Source: Euryarchaeota archaeon UBA39 (GTDB lineage: Archaea > Thermoplasmatota > Poseidoniia > Poseidoniales > Thalassarchaeaceae). From it: a stretch of DNA of 40,462 bases. The DNA lies in the NCBI GenBank assembly GCA_002503045.1, contig DAQW01000056.1:575-41036 (forward strand), in the 5' to 3' direction. Position numbers and translations under genes: made by a program. The notes below the pieces were generated by a model that was not told the DNA's origin, made no database searches, and saw nothing but the letters and a program-made list of their open reading frames with translations. Shown in pieces: positions 36,581 to 40,462 of the stretch; within the stretch, counting starts at the first letter, position 1, and the number at the start of each line of letters is the position of its first letter.

Positions 36581-37468
36581 ATGAATATCCGAATCGTTAC
36601 GGTTATTGGAGCCGGAACGATGGGTGCAGGAATTGCACAAGTTTGTGCACAAAGTGGTTGGGAAACGCGCCTCTATGATGCATTTCCCGAAGGTCTAGAA
36701 AGAGGGATGAAAACAATACATTCATTCTGGGATAAAGGAATCGCTCGAGGAAAAACAACTGAGGAACAAAAATCAAAATGGTCTTCTAATCTTAGTTTCC
36801 ATGGAGATATGCAAGAAGCAGTATCTAATACTGATTTGGTCATTGAAGCTGTACCCGAAATTATTGAGCTCAAACAAGAAATATTTCGAAAAATTGAGAT
36901 GTTGGCACCTAAACATTCGATTCTTGCCACCAATACTTCTGGACTGCCAATTCGTGATATTGCAGAATCAACTAATTGTCCTGAAAGAGTAATTGGAATG
37001 CATTTCTTCAATCCTGTTCCAATAATGAAATTATTAGAAATTGTTCGGCACGATTCGTGTTCTAATAGCACCATCGAAGCAGCTCAATCTATTGGGGCAT
37101 TAATGGGTAAAGAATCAATTTTGGTCAACGATGTTCCGGGATTTGCAACTAGTAGATTAGGCGTAATCTTGGGAAATGAAGCGATTCGAATGTTGGCAGA
37201 TGGGGTCGCTTCTGCAAGTGATATTGATACAGCAATGAGATTGGGTTACCGACATCCAATGGGGCCATTAGAACTAACTGATTTAGTTGGGCTAGATGTT
37301 CGAAGAGATATCTTAAACAACTTAGCAGATGCTTTTGATGATGAAAAATATAGACCTCATCCTTTGTTAGAACGTTTAGTTCTAGAAGGCAGTTTAGGAA
37401 AGAAATCAGGAATGGGGATCTATGATTGGAGTTCTGGTGAAAAAAAGGAAAGGAATCTCAAAATTTGA
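36581..37468 (+). CDS. 3-hydroxyacyl-CoA dehydrogenase (PaaH/Hbd-like)
   Basis: IGAGTMGAGIAQ, EAVPE...LK, ATNTS, GMHFFNPVP.MKLLE, PGF, PMGPLEL.DLVGLD, LGKKSG.G.Y. Confidence 0.93.
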   Translation: MNIRIVTVIGAGTMGAGIAQVCAQSGWETRLYDAFPEGLERGMKTIHSFWDKGIARGKTTEEQKSKWSSNLSFHGDMQEAVSNTDLVIEAVPEIIELKQEIFRKIEMLAPKHSILATNTSGLPIRDIAESTNCPERVIGMHFFNPVPIMKLLEIVRHDSCSNSTIEAAQSIGALMGKESILVNDVPGFATSRLGVILGNEAIRMLADGVASASDIDTAMRLGYRHPMGPLELTDLVGLDVRRDILNNLADAFDDEKYRPHPLLERLVLEGSLGKKSGMGIYDWSSGEKKERNLKI

Positions 37469-37477
37469 GGTATCAAA

Positions 37478-37762
37478 ATGGTTTCACCCCAATTTATTGA
37501 AGGCATTGGACTAATTGCAGGCTTGTTGGGCGTTATAGCATGGCTACCTCAACTCTACAAAGTATGGATTGAGAAACTACACGAAGGAATCTCAATTCCT
37601 ACAATTCTCATTATTTGTATTGCCCTTGTCTTATGGACAACTTATGGCACTTTAGTTGATTCATTTTCTATTATCGTAGCCAATATTGCGGCAGGTGCAT
37701 GTGTTTTATCTGTTGCAATAAGAGTAATTCAATTACGAAGAATTGAAAACAATCGAGATTAG
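37478..37762 (+). CDS. SemiSWEET/PQ-loop family small transporter (3 TM)
   Basis: WLPQL.K, GIS, LW..YG, IIVAN motifs; GAGGT SD. Confidence 0.8.
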   Translation: MVSPQFIEGIGLIAGLLGVIAWLPQLYKVWIEKLHEGISIPTILIICIALVLWTTYGTLVDSFSIIVANIAAGACVLSVAIRVIQLRRIENNRD

Positions 37763-37765
37763 AAA

Positions 37766-38563
37766 TTATTCTTCTTCTACAAAAGTAGAAAAATCCGGAG
37801 TTCTCTTTTCTTGGAATGCTTGTACTCCCTCTACGAATTCAGGAGTCATACTTGATTGAGTAATTAGCATTCGTTCAAATTCTAACTGTGTCTCAAAAAA
37901 CGTAGAAGACTGAGAATCAAGAAGTTGTTTGGTTGATTTCTTTGAATGGTTGGCCCATTTACCCCATTCTATTGCCACTCGAATCGCTCTAGGGAGTAAT
38001 TGCTCGGATTCTACTACTTCATCTACTGCACCTACTTCCAAAGCGGTAGATGCATCCCAAGTTTCATCATTGAAAAGAAAACTGCGTGCACGCTGAATAC
38101 CAACAAGGCGAGGTAGAAGCCAAGTGGTTCCTCCGTCAGGAGAGAGGCCTAAACGAAAGAATGCTGATGCCAAGCGTGCTTCGGTTGATGCAATGCGTGT
38201 ATCACATGCCAATGCGAGACCAAGTCCTCCTCCGGCTGCCGCACCATTTATAGCTGCAACAATTACAGTAGAGTCGCCCCTCATTCGAACTAATAATGGA
38301 TGAAGAATTCCTGTTAATTCCATTACCAATTCACTAATCGAATCATCTTCTATTGCCTGTTGAAACGAATCTATATCCGCACCTGCACAAAATACTCGTC
38401 CAGATCCTGTCAAAACTATTGATCTAACCTCCGGATCATCCATCAATCCATAGAGTATAGATGCAATCAACGCAATACTCGACGAATCAAAGGAATTCCT
38501 AGACGTTTCTCCTGAAAGCGTTACTACTGCGGTTGAACCTTCACGAACTACATCCACTGCCAT
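37766..38563 (-). CDS. Enoyl-CoA hydratase/isomerase, PaaG-like
   Basis: FCAGAD, NGAAAGGGLGLALACD, F.RLGLSPDGG.TWLLPRLVG (Asp-type catalytic motif of PaaG-like isomerases). Confidence 0.85.
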   Translation of the reverse strand: MAVDVVREGSTAVVTLSGETSRNSFDSSSIALIASILYGLMDDPEVRSIVLTGSGRVFCAGADIDSFQQAIEDDSISELVMELTGILHPLLVRMRGDSTVIVAAINGAAAGGGLGLALACDTRIASTEARLASAFFRLGLSPDGGTTWLLPRLVGIQRARSFLFNDETWDASTALEVGAVDEVVESEQLLPRAIRVAIEWGKWANHSKKSTKQLLDSQSSTFFETQLEFERMLITQSSMTPEFVEGVQAFQEKRTPDFSTFVEEE

Positions 38564-38629
38564 AGTTACCCGTAGGGGTACTTACACTTCAATTGCATGA
38601 AAGTCATAAGATACGGTTTCTTCCCCAGC

Positions 38630-40054
38630 ATGATGCGACGCGAGGAAGTCTACATTGGAGGCGAATGGGTGCAAGCCCACGGAGAAGGTGAAATTGAGGT
38701 CATTAATCCGAATACTGAAGAAATAATTGGCTCGGTTCCAGTGGGAAACTCAGAGGACATAGATATTGCAGTTTCAGCGGCCAGAACAGCATTTGAATCA
38801 TGGTCAATAAGCCCTATTGAAGATAGGATAAAAATCCTCAACGATTTATCTGCTGCATTGAAAGAACTTACTGAAGAACTTGCTCAAACAATTACTGCAG
38901 AGGTTGGAACTCCAATTGGTTATAGTAGAATGGCCATGGTTGGAACTCCTAGAGTGGTATCTAGATCATATGCTAAAATGTTAGAAGGATTTGAATGGGA
39001 ACACGAAATTAGAAATTCATTAATTGTAAAAGAACCAATTGGAGTTTGTGCATTTATCACTCCTTGGAATTTTCCTCTTCACCAAATTATTGGAAAGGTA
39101 GCTCCCGCCATTGCTGCAGGCTGTACAATGGTACTAAAACCCTCAAAAGAAGCGCCACTAAATGCATTCTTATTAGCAGATATATTACACGATATTGGCT
39201 TACCGCCAGGAGTTTTCAACTTAGTAAGCGGACATGGTAGTGAAGTTGGAGAATTTCTCTCAAGTCATCCGGATGTAGATATGGTCTCATTCACTGGTTC
39301 TACATCTGCAGGGGTAAGAGTTTCACAAGCGGCAGCCCCAACTGTAAAACGAGTCACATTAGAACTAGGTGGAAAAAGCGCAAATGTAATTCTAGATGAT
39401 GCTGATGTTATTCGTGCGGCTAAGTCAGCTATTGGGGCATGTTTCCAAAATTCAGGACAAACTTGTTCAGCATTAACTAGACTGATTATTCCAAAAAGTC
39501 ACAAAGATGAGATTTTAGAGATAATATCAAGCCGTGTAAATGGATATAATCCTGGAAATCCATTAGACGAAACTACACGATGTGGGCCGATGGTTTCGAA
39601 AAAACAACAACAAAGTGTTCTCTCTTACATTCAATCTGGAATAGAAGAAGGTGCACAATTGATTGCAGGGGGTGAAGGAATGCCAGAGGGATGCAATAGT
39701 GGGTTCTTTGTACGGCCAACTGCTTTCTCAAATGTCACTCCAGACATGAAAATTTGGCGAGAAGAAATTTTTGGACCCGTTTTGGTAATCGCTACCTACG
39801 AGAACGAAGATGATGCTCTTACACTAGCGAATGATTCCATATACGGACTTTCGGGAGGAGTATGGGGTTCGAATGAGAGAGCAATAGAATTTGCAAGAAA
39901 GATGAGAACAGGACAAGTTAGTATTAATGGAGGACCATTCAATATTAGTGCACCATTCGGAGGTTACAAACAATCAGGAAATGGTAGAGAATTGGGTATG
40001 GATGGGTTGGAAGAATTCCTAGAAATTAAAGCGATTCAACGACCTGTTGAATGA
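38630..40054 (+). CDS. NAD(P)-dependent aldehyde dehydrogenase (start 38630 or 38633)
   Basis: ITPWNFP, LKPS, FTGST, LELGGKS, catalytic GQTCSA, EEIFGPV, PFGGYKQSG.GRE. Confidence 0.95.
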   Translation: MMRREEVYIGGEWVQAHGEGEIEVINPNTEEIIGSVPVGNSEDIDIAVSAARTAFESWSISPIEDRIKILNDLSAALKELTEELAQTITAEVGTPIGYSRMAMVGTPRVVSRSYAKMLEGFEWEHEIRNSLIVKEPIGVCAFITPWNFPLHQIIGKVAPAIAAGCTMVLKPSKEAPLNAFLLADILHDIGLPPGVFNLVSGHGSEVGEFLSSHPDVDMVSFTGSTSAGVRVSQAAAPTVKRVTLELGGKSANVILDDADVIRAAKSAIGACFQNSGQTCSALTRLIIPKSHKDEILEIISSRVNGYNPGNPLDETTRCGPMVSKKQQQSVLSYIQSGIEEGAQLIAGGEGMPEGCNSGFFVRPTAFSNVTPDMKIWREEIFGPVLVIATYENEDDALTLANDSIYGLSGGVWGSNERAIEFARKMRTGQVSINGGPFNISAPFGGYKQSGNGRELGMDGLEEFLEIKAIQRPVE

Positions 40055-40082
40055 TATTGATTAGAAAAATACAGGTGATAAA

Positions 40083-40462
40083 ATGTTTTGTGAACATGGA
40101 AATATAATTGGATCATGCAGAGATTGCACTCCTGAAAGATACAAAGAACGGGCTTCTTCTCAAATTTTAGAAGACGTAGATTGCCCTGTTTGGGATTTAT
40201 TACGAAAACATGAGGGAGATGAATCTGTACCCCCTCAACGATGTCAAAATCTGGGTGTGAAGTTGGGGACAACATCTCAGCGTCATTTTATTCTCGAATG
40301 TACTGATTGTGGCTGGGATTGGAGGCGATGGAAGGTATCAGAATTAGATGATGTCTCTACTTTGCCTAAACTGGTTAAATGCGAAGAATGTAATGAAATC
40401 CGTATTGAAATGAATTCTAAGAAATCGAAGAGGACATGTGTTGAATGTAGTCGTCGTTTTTT
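40083..40462 (+). CDS. Partial Cys-rich, multi-zinc-finger hypothetical protein; runs off the right edge
   Basis: Not in the ORF track. AGGTGA SD; open frame MFCEHGNIIGSCRDC...CTDC...CEEC...CVEC to the window end. Confidence 0.7.
   Translation, partial: MFCEHGNIIGSCRDCTPERYKERASSQILEDVDCPVWDLLRKHEGDESVPPQRCQNLGVKLGTTSQRHFILECTDCGWDWRRWKVSELDDVSTLPKLVKCEECNEIRIEMNSKKSKRTCVECSRRF

Noticed and set aside
38735..38749. ORB-like GTTCCAGTGGGAAAC
   Set aside because: Single copy with an extra G and no G-string, inside the aldehyde dehydrogenase coding sequence.
1186..40275. Numerous 60-160 aa antisense or alternate-frame ORFs in the track
   Set aside because: They are shadows of well-supported genes and carry no independent motifs.
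1..40462. CRISPR arrays, tRNA/rRNA genes, transposases, integrases, defence systems
   Set aside because: No repeat-spacer periodicity, cloverleaf, rRNA signature or mobile/defence protein motifs seen by eye.

Overview
An AT-rich, gene-dense archaeal chromosome segment. Gene content and style point to Thermoplasmatota Marine Group II (Poseidoniales); this is inferred, not proven. Housekeeping genes include cdc6/orc1, a CoaD-DPCK fusion, nadA, bud32, rdgB, pyrBI, xth, class I fba with glpX, and moaEC. The window also holds an ABC exporter, a type IV pilus-like locus with two putative pilins, and a BoxB-centred aromatic-CoA catabolism cluster. I saw no rRNA, tRNA, CRISPR array or mobile element. 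The two most notable non-coding signals are (1) a ~270-nt GC-rich, heavily base-paired, apparently doubly pseudoknotted RNA-like element at 5121-5388 that lacks RNase P, SRP and tmRNA signature motifs, and (2) an SD-sequestering hairpin in the pyrB leader positioned for pyrimidine-sensitive start-site switching. Many start codons were re-assigned by hand using a recurring TTNAW box 28-30 nt upstream. All folding and counting was done by eye.
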